A stretch of DNA of 63,173 nt, the filler included, from Reclinomonas americana ATCC 50394 (Eukaryota), in the NCBI GenBank assembly GCA_048213135.1. It is 4 parts of 3 records of this genome, joined end to end, with 100 filler letters (N's around TTAATTAATTAA, not from the genome) between each part and the next. Parts side by side here need not be neighbours in the genome. Positions count along the whole stretch, not along the records: positions 19,604 to 51,363 come from PS015201.1; positions 51,464 to 57,948 come from PS015202.1; 2 more parts are not named here. One strand, given 5' to 3'. The notes beneath the pieces are model-generated. The model searched no databases and was not told the origin of the DNA. It was given only the letters and a program-made list of their open reading frames with translations. A program made the position numbers and the translations under genes. Shown piece by piece: positions 42,201-53,338 of this stretch. Every line of letters starts with the position of its first letter. Position 1 is the stretch's first letter.

Positions 42201-44901
42201 CATCCTTTTCCCGTTTGGTTGGAGCGACATAAGGTTGTCTTTTTGTCTGACCCCTTGCGTGTGGCGCAGAGACGACGCACACCGGCACTGCGACAACGCA
42301 GACAGCCAGTCTGGTGACACCGTCGACCCCCAATGGCCTGCTGCGCGCCACCATCAGCGTGCAGCTGTTCCTGCGTGGCTGGAAGTCGTCGGCAGCCATT
42401 GTGCATAACCGCATCGATCAGCAGTCGCTGCAGTTCACCACCAAGCGCCTCGGCAACGAGGACTATGTGACGGCGATCTCGTACGGCGCCAGTGGGGCCG
42501 ACGCGTCTGACGTTGAGTACGTGACGTGGGTGGCGATTGGTCGTGCGGCGCAGGGCGCGCCGATCTCGTGCCCTGTCGGCTACAGCGGCTCCAACTGCGG
42601 CGTGTGCACGCTGCCCGACGGTACCACGACGTGCTCACTGAACCGACGCGCGGTGCTGAGCTGCGCCTACGGTACCACTCAGATCGTCGCCCAGTGTGCT
42701 GAGGGTCGCGAGTGCTTTGAGGCGAATGGCTCGTCGCAATGTGGCTGCTCGGCGAACGGTATTAGTTGCTCGACTGGTAGTGATTGCTGCTCTGGAAGTT
42801 GCAGCAACTCTGGTCTGTGTGTGCCTGCGTGCAATCCCACCACCACCTGCTCCGGTCACGGAACTTGCAACAATGACGGCACATGCCAGTGCGACGCTGA
42901 CTATTACGGTGCATCGTGCAATGTGAACTGTGTGGCGGCCACCACATGCTCTGGGAATGGAACGTGCAACACTGACGGCACATGCCAGTGCACAGGCGAC
43001 TACACCAATGCCAGCTGCAACTGCAGTCCCACCACCACCTGCTCCGGTCAGGGAACGTGCAATACTGACGGCACGTGCCAGTGCACGGGCGACTACACCA
43101 ACGCCAGCTGCAACTGCAGTCCCACTGCCACGTGCTCCGGCCACGGAACGTGCAACACTGATGGCACGTGCCAGTGCACGGACGACTACACCAATGCCAG
43201 CTGCAACTGCAGTCCCAGCGTCACGTGCTCTGGCCACGGAACCTGCAACACTGACAGCACGTGCCAGTGCACGGACGACTACACCAATGCCAGTTGCAAC
43301 TGCAGTCCCAGCGTCACGTGCTCTGGCAACGGAACGTGCAATACTGACGGCACTTGTCAGTGCACGGGCGACTACACGAATGCCAACTGCAACTGCAGTC
43401 CCACCACCACCTGCTCCGGTCACGGAACGTGCAACACTGACGCCACATGCCAGTGCTCGGGCGATTTCACCAACGCAAGCTGCAACTGCAGTCCCACCAT
43501 GACTTGCTCTGGTCACGGCACCTGCAACACCGATGGAACGTGTAGCTGCACGTCTCCATGGAATGGTTAGTGCTGGTTCTTTTGCTGTTCTTGGTACGGG
43601 AAGGCTGACGTGTGTGTACGAACAGATTCTGCGTGCGCATGCGCAGCCAGCGCTACTCAGGCTCTTACGTACGTTGGCCAGTGGATATCAGCGGCATCTA
43701 GCAGCGATGGTACCATGTTGGTGGTTGTGGGGACCAGAACCCCAATCTTCACCTCTGCTGACTCTGGTGCAACGTGGACTGCTCGTGCGTCCAGTCTCCT
43801 ATGGTCTGCAGTAGCGTCAAGTAGCGACGGCACGAAACTGGTGGCTGTGGCACAGAGTGATAAGATTTACACCTCCANNNNNNNNNNNNNNNNNNNNNNN
43901 NNNNNNNNNNNNNNNNNNNNNNNNNNNNNNNNNNNNNNNNNNNNNNNNNNNNNNNNNNNNNNNNNNNNNNNNNNNNNNNNNNNNNNNNNNNNNNNNNNNN
44001 NNNNNNNNNNNNNNNNNNNNNNNNNNNNNNNNNNNNNNNNNNNNNNNNNNNNNNNNNNNNNNNNNNNNNNNNNNNNNNNNNNNNNNNNNNNNNNNNNNNN
44101 NNNNNNNNNNNNNNNNNNNNNNNNNNNNNNNNNNNNNNNNNNNNNNNNNNNNNNNNNNAAATTTACGTCTCCGCGGACTCGGGCGCGACGTGGCTGGCAG
44201 GTGAACTCCAGCGCAGCTGGTCGATCGTGGCTTCCAGCAGCGATGGATCTTTGCTGGCGGCTGCGAGCAACTTTATCTATACATCCACCGACTTTGGTGT
44301 GACTTGGACTGCTCGACTTACCGATGCCACTCGGCAGTGGCGATCGTTGGCCATCAGCAGTGACGGTTCGAAGGTGGTGGCTGTGGGGTTGTCTGGGTTT
44401 ATTTACACCTCCACCGACTCTGGCGTGACATGGACGGCTCGACTCACTGATGCCAACCGCAATTGGCGATCCGTGGCCTCAAGCTGTGACGGCACCAGAC
44501 TGGTGGCTGCGGGGTCCTCTATTCAGATCTACACGTCCACTGACTCTGGTGAAAACTGGACAGCTAACGAGACAGCTCGCCTGTGGTTCTCTGTCGCCTC
44601 CAGCTGCGACGGCACCAAATTGGTGGCTGTCGCGGCCACGGGGCAGATTTACACCTCTGCCGACTCGGGCGCCAACTGGACACCTCGCGATTCTAACCGC
44701 CTGTGGCGATCTGTGACCAGCAGCAGTGACGGTACCAAGCTGGTGGCTGTGGTGAATAACGGCCAGATTTACACCTCCGCTGACTCTGGCGATACATGGA
44801 CGCCTCATGATCCCGTGCTCGCCTGGAATTTCGTAGCGTCCAACAGTGACCGCACCAAGGTGGTGCTCGCCGCTGATGGTGTGTATCAACTGAATTGCTG
44901 A
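39270..44901 (+). CDS. Secreted mosaic protein: beta-rich domains, putative H-type-lectin-like domains, 8 EGF-like repeats, C-terminal Asp-box/BNR propeller
   Basis: Hydrophobic signal peptide in exon 39270-39378, spliced in phase to 40050; CSGHGTCNTDGTCQC repeats; WxSVASSxDGxKLVA..IYTSxDSGxTW repeats; no C-terminal TM; TGA near 44900. Confidence 0.8.
42829..43566 (+). repeat. Coding tandem repeat, 93 bp (31 aa) EGF-like unit, 8 copies
   Basis: CTGCAGTCCC recurs at 93-bp spacing (43021, 43114 ...). Confidence 0.92.
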
Positions 44902-45190
44902 AGTGTTTTTTGGGGCTTCGTTACCTTTTCTTTGCGTTTTTTTTCGCAACTTATTTCGACTCTTCTCTCTCTCTCTCTCTCTCTCTCTCNNNNNNNNNNN
45001 NNNNNNNNNNNNNNNNNNNNNNNNNNNNNNNNNNNNNNNNNNNNNNNNNNNNNNNNNNNNNNNNNNNNNNNNNNNNNNNNNNNNNNNNNNNNNNNNNNNN
45101 NNNNNNNNNNNNNNNNNNNNNNNNNNNNNNNNNNNNNNNNNNNNNNNNNNNNNNNNNNNNNNNNNNNNNNTCGTTTCTTTCGTTCTTACT

Positions 45191-45256
<66 letters not shown>

Positions 45257-45597
45257 CTATTGCGCATTGTACGCTGCACCCGTCCCCGTGAAAATCTTGC
45301 AGGCAGATGCATTGGTGCACGTGTACTTATGCTCGATAAAGTCGAGAGAATCGCACCTTACGTTGCATAGCAGTGCCGGGTAAACAGTGCAGTTAGAAGG
45401 CACCTGCGTAGACTCTTAGCACCGGTAGTTGCTGCAATTTCCATCAGCCCTGATATAAGGAAAATGGCCCAATCGAGTCCATCGAACATCATCATGATCA
45501 ATCCCACCACCATCAATATTAATGAATCCATCGCGTGTGGACGGCAGCAGTAGGCCCACAGGTACAAGGAATCTCTGTCACGGGGTGTCGCTGCAGG

Positions 45598-45939
45598 CCA
45601 CCCCGTGACACCCCGTGACAGAAAGGTGCTCAGAACAGCGATTCACGAGGTGGATCAGGTGCGTGACACTCTCTTCTTTCGAGTGCTGCTGTTCTTGTCG
45701 TGCGAGCCATGCCCGTCGCTGAGAAAACAATGCAATAAAATTTTCAAATATTCCTCGAAAACGATCACCGAACACGTTGCGAAAACTATCGAGTTTTGTC
45801 GTGTGAGTCAGTGCGCCTTCTTGGGTGTTTGTCGCGCAGAACTTGACGTGTGACATTGCTTGTGACGACGGGCCGATCGCGCGGTGCGCGCGCTGCAAGC
45901 TTTCAGACAACGATTGTCACGCGGTGTGTCACGGGGTGG
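45598..45939. mobile_element. Possible MITE-like element with ~23-25 bp imperfect terminal inverted repeats
   Basis: Left CCACCCCGTGACACCCCGTGACA; right, reverse-complemented, CCACCCCGTGACACACCGCGTGACA. No clear TSD and no recognisable coding content. Confidence 0.35.
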
Positions 45940-45949
45940 TCCCACATTT

Positions 45950-47845
45950 TCACTCATAATCACGCGATACATCCACTCGCGGCGCAAAGGGACTCTGCTT
46001 GGCTGGCCGGCCGCCACCACCGCCACCGCGACCAGAGGAGGGGCGCGAACTGGACCCACCACCATCAGCTGCTGCTGCGGCGCTCCGATGTTGCTGGCGA
46101 CGCGACGACGACGACGACCCACCACGGTCACGAGCGGACAACTTGCCGACGACGGCAGGCTGCCGGACACTGTCGGGTTTCTGCTGCCCCGACCACGTGA
46201 CCTGTTTCACGGGCGATGGGTAGTCCTGTTGCGCAACACCCCCATTGGCAAACGCGACAAAGCCGCGCAATCACGACAAGACACTATTCGGTGGCTCACC
46301 ACGCCAATGACACACCGCGCCGCCTGCTGTTGGGCGGCCGACATGCGGGACGGCTGGTGCACGAACTCGCGAGGCACGTCGCGCAGCACTGACAAGAAGT
46401 GTCGCACGAACTCGCCCTCCTGTGAGTGGGGAAGTGAGGGAGGGTGCGCAAATAAAAGTACGCGGCACTGACAACAACTGCAAGCTGACGAACCGGATCG
46501 TAGGTGGCCGCTTGCTTCAACACGTTGAAGTAGCGGTCTTCACGTGGGTCCAGTCCAACTATGGAGGGGAGGGTGAGGTGCGGACAAGGAAGAGTGGGGA
46601 GAGGAGAGAATCACCTCCAGCGACATATTGCCAGTTTCCCCTGGTTTCAGCGAGAGTGAGCGGATGTGGGCGACAGGATGAGAGGCCAGGCACTCACCAG
46701 TTGGAGGAAACGTCTTCAGTGGGCAAGAAGAGGGCGGAGTGAGTGGAAACGGTCAAGGGCGAGAGCAGAAGAAGTGACACCAACCATAATCAATCAGCTG
46801 GCTCTCTGCGATCGCAAGGAGACAGTCAGCAAGGGAAGGGGAAGGGAAGAGAAAGAGAAGGATGAAGAGAAGGGAAGAGAAGAGAAGAGAAGGGAGAGGG
46901 GAGGACAGGGAGAGGAGAGGTGAAGAGAAGAGTGGAAAAGAGGAGAAAAGGAAAGAACAGGGGAGAAGAATAACAGAGAAGAAGAGAGGAAAGGAGAAGG
47001 CAAGAGAAGAGAAAAGAGGAGCCAAATGAGCGCGCGCTAGCCACTCACCAAACAGCTCCGCTCCCATGCGCCAGTCCACGTGCAGATCCTTGGTGAGGAA
47101 GCTGCCGACAATCTGCAGTGGAAGCGTCAGCAGCATTGCGCTGCTTGCCTCGACGACGACGGAGACACACACCTGGCGCGCCCGATTGCTCATAAAGCCT
47201 GTGGTGCGCAGCTCCGTCATGCTGGCGTCGATGAGCGGGTATCCGGTCTCGCCCTATTGGGACAGTGTGAGGGCGAAGGAGGAGGAAGAGGCAAGAAAAA
47301 GATTGAGGGAGAGCGAGAGAGAAAGAAAGACAGTAGGCAAGGCGAGAACGAGGGAGAAAAGAACGAGCAAACAGCATGGCGTGGAGAGGCTGCGGATGCA
47401 GAGCGAACTCGACAGAGATTGAAAGAGAGAGAGGGGGCGACAACAGAGTAACAGAGACTGCACTGTCCAAAACCATGGAGACGGACGGTGCAGGGAACGA
47501 GCTTGACAGCCAACGAAAGAAGCAATGGCAGGGACAGAGAGCGGCAAGACCAGAGAAGGCAGAGAGGCGTCGTAGACGGAAGAGAGAAGACGACGGCCGA
47601 GAGGGCATTGCACCGCACAGAGAAACACGAAGACGGAGCGCGCGCGCAGGCGATGCTGTGACAAAGAAAAGAGGAACGAAAACGAGAGATTGTCGAGTGG
47701 CATGCGCACTGCAGGGCACAGCGAAAGGTGGATATGGAGCTTAACAGAAAGAAAAAAAGAAGAAAGAGAGAGAGAGAGGAAGAAAGAAAGAAAGGAAGGA
47801 AGGAGGAAGAAGGAAGAAAGAAGAGAGAAAGAAAGAAAGAAAGAG

Positions 47846-47876
<31 letters not shown>

Positions 47877-50738
47877 AAACGAGATAGAAAGACAACTCCA
47901 CGATGAGGATCGCCGCTGACTACGCGCTGGGCAGTGACTCAGCGGCAACTCACGGGAGCGACCCAGCGACGGGCTCCTTTTCTTCTCCACTTCCGTCTGT
48001 TGTCTCTCAGTCTCTCTATCGCTCTTCTCTCGNNNNNNNNNNNNNNNNNNNNNNNNNNNNNNNNNNNNNNNNNNNNNNNNNNNNNNNNNNNNNNNNNNNN
48101 NNNNNNNNNNNNNNNNNNNNNNNNNNNNNNNNNNNNNNNNNNNNNNNNNNNNNNNNNNNNNNNNNNNNNNNNNNNNNNNNNNNNNNNNNNNNNNNNNNNN
48201 NNNNNNNNNNNNNNNNNNNNNNNNNNNNNNNNNNNNNNNNNNNNNNNNNNNNNNNNNNNNNNNNNNNNNNNNNNNNNNNNNNNNNNNNNNNNNNNNNNNN
48301 NNNNNNNNNNNNNNNNNNNNNNNNNNNNNNNNNNNNNNNNNNNNNNNNNNNNNNNNNNNNNNNNNNNNNNNNNNNNNNNNNNNNNNNNNNNNNNNNNNNN
48401 NNNNNNNNNNNNNNNNNNNNNNNNNNNNNNNNNNNNNNNNNNNNNNNNNNNNNNNNNNNNNNNNNNNNNNNNNNNNNNNNNNNNNNNNNNNNNNNNNNNN
48501 NNNNNNNNNNNNNNNNNNNNNNNNNNNNNNNNNNNNNNNNNNNNNNNNNNNNNNNNNNNNNNNNNNNNNNNNNNNNNNNNNNNNNNNNNNNNNNNNNNNN
48601 NNNNNNNNNNNNNNNNNNNNNNNNNNNNNNNNNNNNNNNNNNNNNNNNNNNNNNNNNNNNNNNNNNNNNNNNGAGAGAGAGAGAGAGAGAGAGCAGAGAG
48701 AGAGAGAGACTGGCGGGAGGCACTGCAGGGCACAGAGAAACTCGGAGACGGAGCGTGCAGAAGACAGGAAGAGAAAAGGAAAGAGAGATCGTCTGCGCTC
48801 CCTCCCTCCGCCCCTCCCCCCTCCCTCCCCCTTCCCCCTCTCCCTTCTCCTTCCCCGCACCTGCACCCACAACTGAAACGCCTCCACACTCTGCGACCAC
48901 GGATTCTTCCTCCGCGCGGCAAAATACCCCGCATCACCCGCCGCCGCCACCTCGCGAAACCCGTGCAGATAAAAGAGCCGATTGCCGTGCCACAAGGCAA
49001 CAAAGCGGAAAAAGTCACGCCACAGCAACTCAAACACCAGCCAGTACCTGCACAAAGCGTGTGAGAGCACTCTCTCTCGCTCACCCTCCCTCCGTGTGGA
49101 CGCAACGTGGACTCATTGGCCACTCGCTCCCGCTCATACCGCTTCAGCTCGTGATACACCAAGCGCGGCGACAGGCACCCCAACGAGAGCCACGGCGAGA
49201 ACTTGCTGCTGTAGTCCATGCCCAGCATGCCATTGCGCGTCTCCTTGTAGCGCTCCACCAGATCCGAGCCCCACAGGTAATACTCGAGTCGCTGCAGCGC
49301 CGCCTCCTCGCCACCGACAACCGCACTCACCGATTCGGCATCGCGGTCGTCGGCCACGCCCAACATGGCCCCCACACGCGCCACAAACTCATCCTCGGTC
49401 TCGCTACAGCGAGGAAACGCCTCGGGCAACTGCACGCCAGCCGGCACCGGTAGAGCCTCGCGCACGCGCCACACTCGCGGGTCCTCGACCTTGCGGCGGA
49501 AATCCGTATACACGGCCGGCAAGCGCGTGGCAAACGCCGGCGCGACGTCATCCGGATGCAACAGCGTGTGCGTCCACGACCACTTGATCGGCACGCCGGC
49601 GCCGATCGCCGCCTCCACGTGCGCCTCCTCGTCGAGCTCCTCCTGCGTGCACTCCTTGCTGGCGTAGACCGCGGACACGGCGTACTGCGCGCAGAGAGCA
49701 GCGAGTACGGTCGGTGGGTGACCCTCGACGACGGCCAAATCGCCGCCAATCGCCTGCAGTTGGCGGCGCAGGCTGACGACGCTTTGCAGCAGGAAGCGAC
49801 GTCGATGATCGCCTGCAGATGCACACACACTGTGAGGGCAAAGTGCGGAGGGCACAGTGAGTGAGGCAGGAAGACGAACCGATCTTGGGTAGGCCTGTGT
49901 GTGGCAGTGTCTGCTGCAGGAGCGCCGGGTTGATGCAGACGACGGGGAGCACTGGGAGCCCGCTGGCCACTGCATGCAGAGGCGAGAGGAGAAGGGGGAA
50001 GGGAGAGGGGGGGGGGATGGAGAAGGGAGGAGAAGGGAGGAGAAGGGGAAGGGTGAGGAGAAGAGAAGGCAAGGAAGGGAGAGAGAGAGAGAGAGTTGAG
50101 AAGGAGAAGAGAAAGGGAAAAGACGAGAGACACAGAATGTTGAGAAGCTGAGAGAAAGAAGGAAATGAGAGGAGGAGGGAGAGAGGGATGGTGACGAGAG
50201 AGAGCGAGAGAGATGAGAAGAGAAGCTGATCATGAGGGAGAAGAGAGGAAAGAGATGAGAGGTGAGAGATGGAGAGAGGGAGGATGGTGGAGAGAAGGTT
50301 GAGAAGGAAAAGAAAGGAGGAGGAGAGAGAGGGATGATGACGAGAGAGAGAGAGAGAGGGAGAGAGTTGAGAAGGAGAAGCAGAAGAAGGGAAGAAAGTA
50401 AGAGAGAGATGAGAAGCTGATCATGAGGGAGAAAAGAGGAAACAGATGAGAGGGGAGAGATGGAGAAGGAGCATGGCGAGGAGAGAGGAGAAGGGAAGGA
50501 GAAGAGAGGGAAGAAGCTGCAGCTGATCATGAGGGAGAAGAGTGGAAAGAGAGAGAAAGAGAGAGGGCTGGTGAGAAGGGAGAGAAAGAGAGAAAATGAG
50601 AGACTGAAATCGAAGGACAGCTGAGGACAGAGAGACGCCAAGAGAAAAAGAGAGACGCTCACCAGCGCTAACCAGCGGCGCATGATCATGCACGCGCAAA
50701 TCATTGCGGAACCACACCAACACACTCTGGCGCGACAT
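45950..50738 (-). CDS. cryD: Cryptochrome DASH (photolyase/cryptochrome family)
   Basis: [99 protein letters not shown]; Gly/Arg-rich tail. Confidence 0.93.
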
Positions 50739-50875
50739 GTTCTCTCCTCCAACTCGCTGCAATGTTCGACTGCAAAACTCCGCGTGTCCGAATACCGCGG
50801 CGTTTGTCGAATAGCAACGGCGTTTTGTGTGACCCCGACGGAGCAGCAGCCGCGAAAGGCGAAAAGAACGAGGAG

Positions 50876-51161
50876 ATGAGCGCGGAAGAGCAGAATGGTG
50901 AGCGACGTGCTCTTCTTTCCTCTTCCTCCTCCTCGTCGTCGTCGTTCGCCCCAGCAGCGATCCGAACGACTGATAATCACGCGTGTCCGCTGTCTTCTTC
51001 TTCTTCTCGTGTGTTGTCTTCTGTGTTGTCGAGTGAAGAGGATGGACGAGTGCGAGTGGGCATTGTGGGGGCGGGAGCGGCGGGAATGGCTGCGGCGTGG
51101 TCGTTGGCGAGGTTTCCGGAGCGGTTTGATGTGTGTGTGATTGATCCAGGGGAGGTGGCAG
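50876..51161 (+). CDS. FAD-dependent oxidoreductase (amine oxidase-like), first exon only
   Basis: Rossmann motif RVGIVGAGAAGMAAAWSL..FDVCVID; GTAAG donor at 51162; scaffold then ends. Divergent from CRY-DASH across 137 bp. Confidence 0.75.
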
Positions 51162-51317
51162 GTAAGCGGAATGAGACGGGTAAAGGGGAAGGGCGGAGGG
51201 AGGAGAAGGAGAGAGAGTGGGAGAGGGGAGAGGGGAGAGAGGGAGGGCAAGGCATTGAGAGTGAGAGAGGACGTGCATGTGTGGGAAGTGAGAAGGAGGG
51301 AGGAGAGGAGAAGGGTG

Positions 51318-51363
<46 letters not shown>

Positions 51364-51463
51364 NNNNNNNNNNNNNNNNNNNNNNNNNNNNNNNNNNNNN
51401 NNNNNNNTTAATTAATTAANNNNNNNNNNNNNNNNNNNNNNNNNNNNNNNNNNNNNNNNNNNN

Positions 51464-52947
51464 CTGAAGCAGATTGAGCAGCTGAAGACGGTGGCCAACG
51501 ACAAGCCCGCCGTCGACGTGACCATCACCAACTGCGGTGAGCTGTTGCTGAAGAGCAAGAAGGGTGGGGATGCGTCGGCGGCTGCCGGCGATGCGGACGA
51601 GGAGATGGCGAAGAAGTCTGAGAAGAAGAAGAAGAGACGGTCGCGATCGTCGTCGTCGTCATCGAGTGGATCGGTGTCGGACAGTGGTTCGTCGTCGGAT
51701 GCGTCGTCGGAGTCGTCGTCGAGTCGGCGGAGACGAAGCAAGCGCAAGGCGTCGTCGAAGAAGCGCTCCTCTCGCCGCTCTCGATCCTCCTCATCGTCAT
51801 CATCGTCGTCGGCATCCGAGTCGCCCGTTCGTCAGAAGAAGTCCGCGAAGGATTCCTCGACTGCAGTGGCACCCGAAGCCGCGGCCGCCGCCACCAAGGA
51901 CAAGCACGCCTCGCCAGGTGTGTGTGTGTTTGCATGCTTACCTTCTGTCCTCGTCAACGTGCTCATTCCGCTCTCTATCTTCATCGCAGAGGTGTCGCGC
52001 AAGCGCGAACGCAGTCGTGAGCCCGAACGTGACCGCGACCGTGACCGCGACCGGGATCGCCAGCGTGGCCGTGATCGAAGTGTGAGTCCGGCGCGGAAGC
52101 GACCAGCGCATCGGTCGCGGTCGCCAGCACCCGTCAGCAGATCATCGGGTGCTGACGCGGCTGCAGCTGCTGCCGCCGCCGCCGCTGCTGCTGCCTCTGC
52201 TGGCGCTTCAGAGGCAGGCGACAGTGGACCAACCACTCGTCGCGTGTACAAGGGTCGCGGACAGATGCGGTACCGCACACCGAGTCCCATTCGTCACGAG
52301 GAGTCCGGCGGTCGCCGTGGGTGAGTGTACATGCATGTGCAGGATGAAGAAGAAGAAGAAGAAGGTGCTGTGTGACGAGAGTTCTCATTCGACGACGTGA
52401 ACAGTGGTGAAAGCAGTGGTGGCTTCCGCAGTGGCGGGTATGGATACGGTGGTGGTGGTGGTGGTGGCGGTGGTGGTTACCGTGGTAGCAGTGGATACGG
52501 AGGTGGAAGCTATCGCAGCAATGGCGGCAGTTCTGGCTTTAGCAGCTACCGCAGCAGTGGCGAGGGCAGGTGAGAAACAATGTGTGTGTGTGAGAGAGAG
52601 AGAGGTTGCACGCTCATCAACAATCACATGAAGGCCAACGGACAATGGCGCGCCACCGTCGTCGTCGGAGGCCGATGGCGCGGAGCAGCGATGGAAGCAC
52701 GATCGGTTCAGACGCTCACTGTCACCACGTGACCGACGTCGTTCACCCCCGCGGCGCGGTGGAGCAGGTGGTGGTGATCGTCGGCGGTCACCATCGCCAG
52801 TGACTCGTCGCTCACCTTCACCGACGCCTCGCGATGGTGTGTGTGTCTGTCTTCTCACGGCATTTCTCTTCATCGATCCCGCTCTCACTGTTTTCTTTCC
52901 GTACCGTCACAGGTCGCCGATCATCGTCGCCACCGCCTCGCGACTGA
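51464..52947 (+). CDS. RS-domain cyclophilin (PPIG-like), 3' part
   Basis: End of a cyclophilin domain (LKQIEQLKT..DKPAVDVTITNCGEL) followed by K/S/R-rich, RD/RS and Gly-rich tracts and KGRGQMRY; TGA at 52945. Confidence 0.75.
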
Positions 52948-53338
52948 TCGCCATCCACGTCGTGCATGTGTGTGCGCGTGGCGCTGGTTGTCGCGATCCC
53001 AACAATTGAATTGCAGTGTTTGGCCCAAACAATCTCAGAGATGTACAACAACAGCATGCTGCTGGCATTCATTCACTAGCGGGGCCCTGCTGGGCACCCA
53101 TAAACAATTTTTCTGTCATTCGACTCCCCCACCCACAACCAAGTACAACTCACGAGGCTCGACTCAGTGCGCATTGCACCGAGAGCCTGGAGGGAGAGAG
53201 GAGGACCGACAAAGTCGGTGAGCAGCACCACACGCGTTGCACACCGCTCGTCCATAATCCTCCCCCGCCCTCCACCTCTTCCATTATTTTCTTCTGCCTA
53301 CTAAACAAAAAACAAATCACAACAAGAACACAACAAGA

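Noticed and set aside
42829-43566. Regularly spaced repeats as a possible CRISPR array
   Set aside because: In-frame coding EGF repeats with no unique spacers or cas genes, in a eukaryotic context.
45358-45567. Small hydrophobic ORF downstream of the mosaic gene
   Set aside because: Short, atypical codon usage, no recognisable motif or splice support.
47939-51250. 1103-aa ORF and other long ORFs rich in X, LS, ER or TH
   Set aside because: Read-through of N gaps and microsatellite introns.
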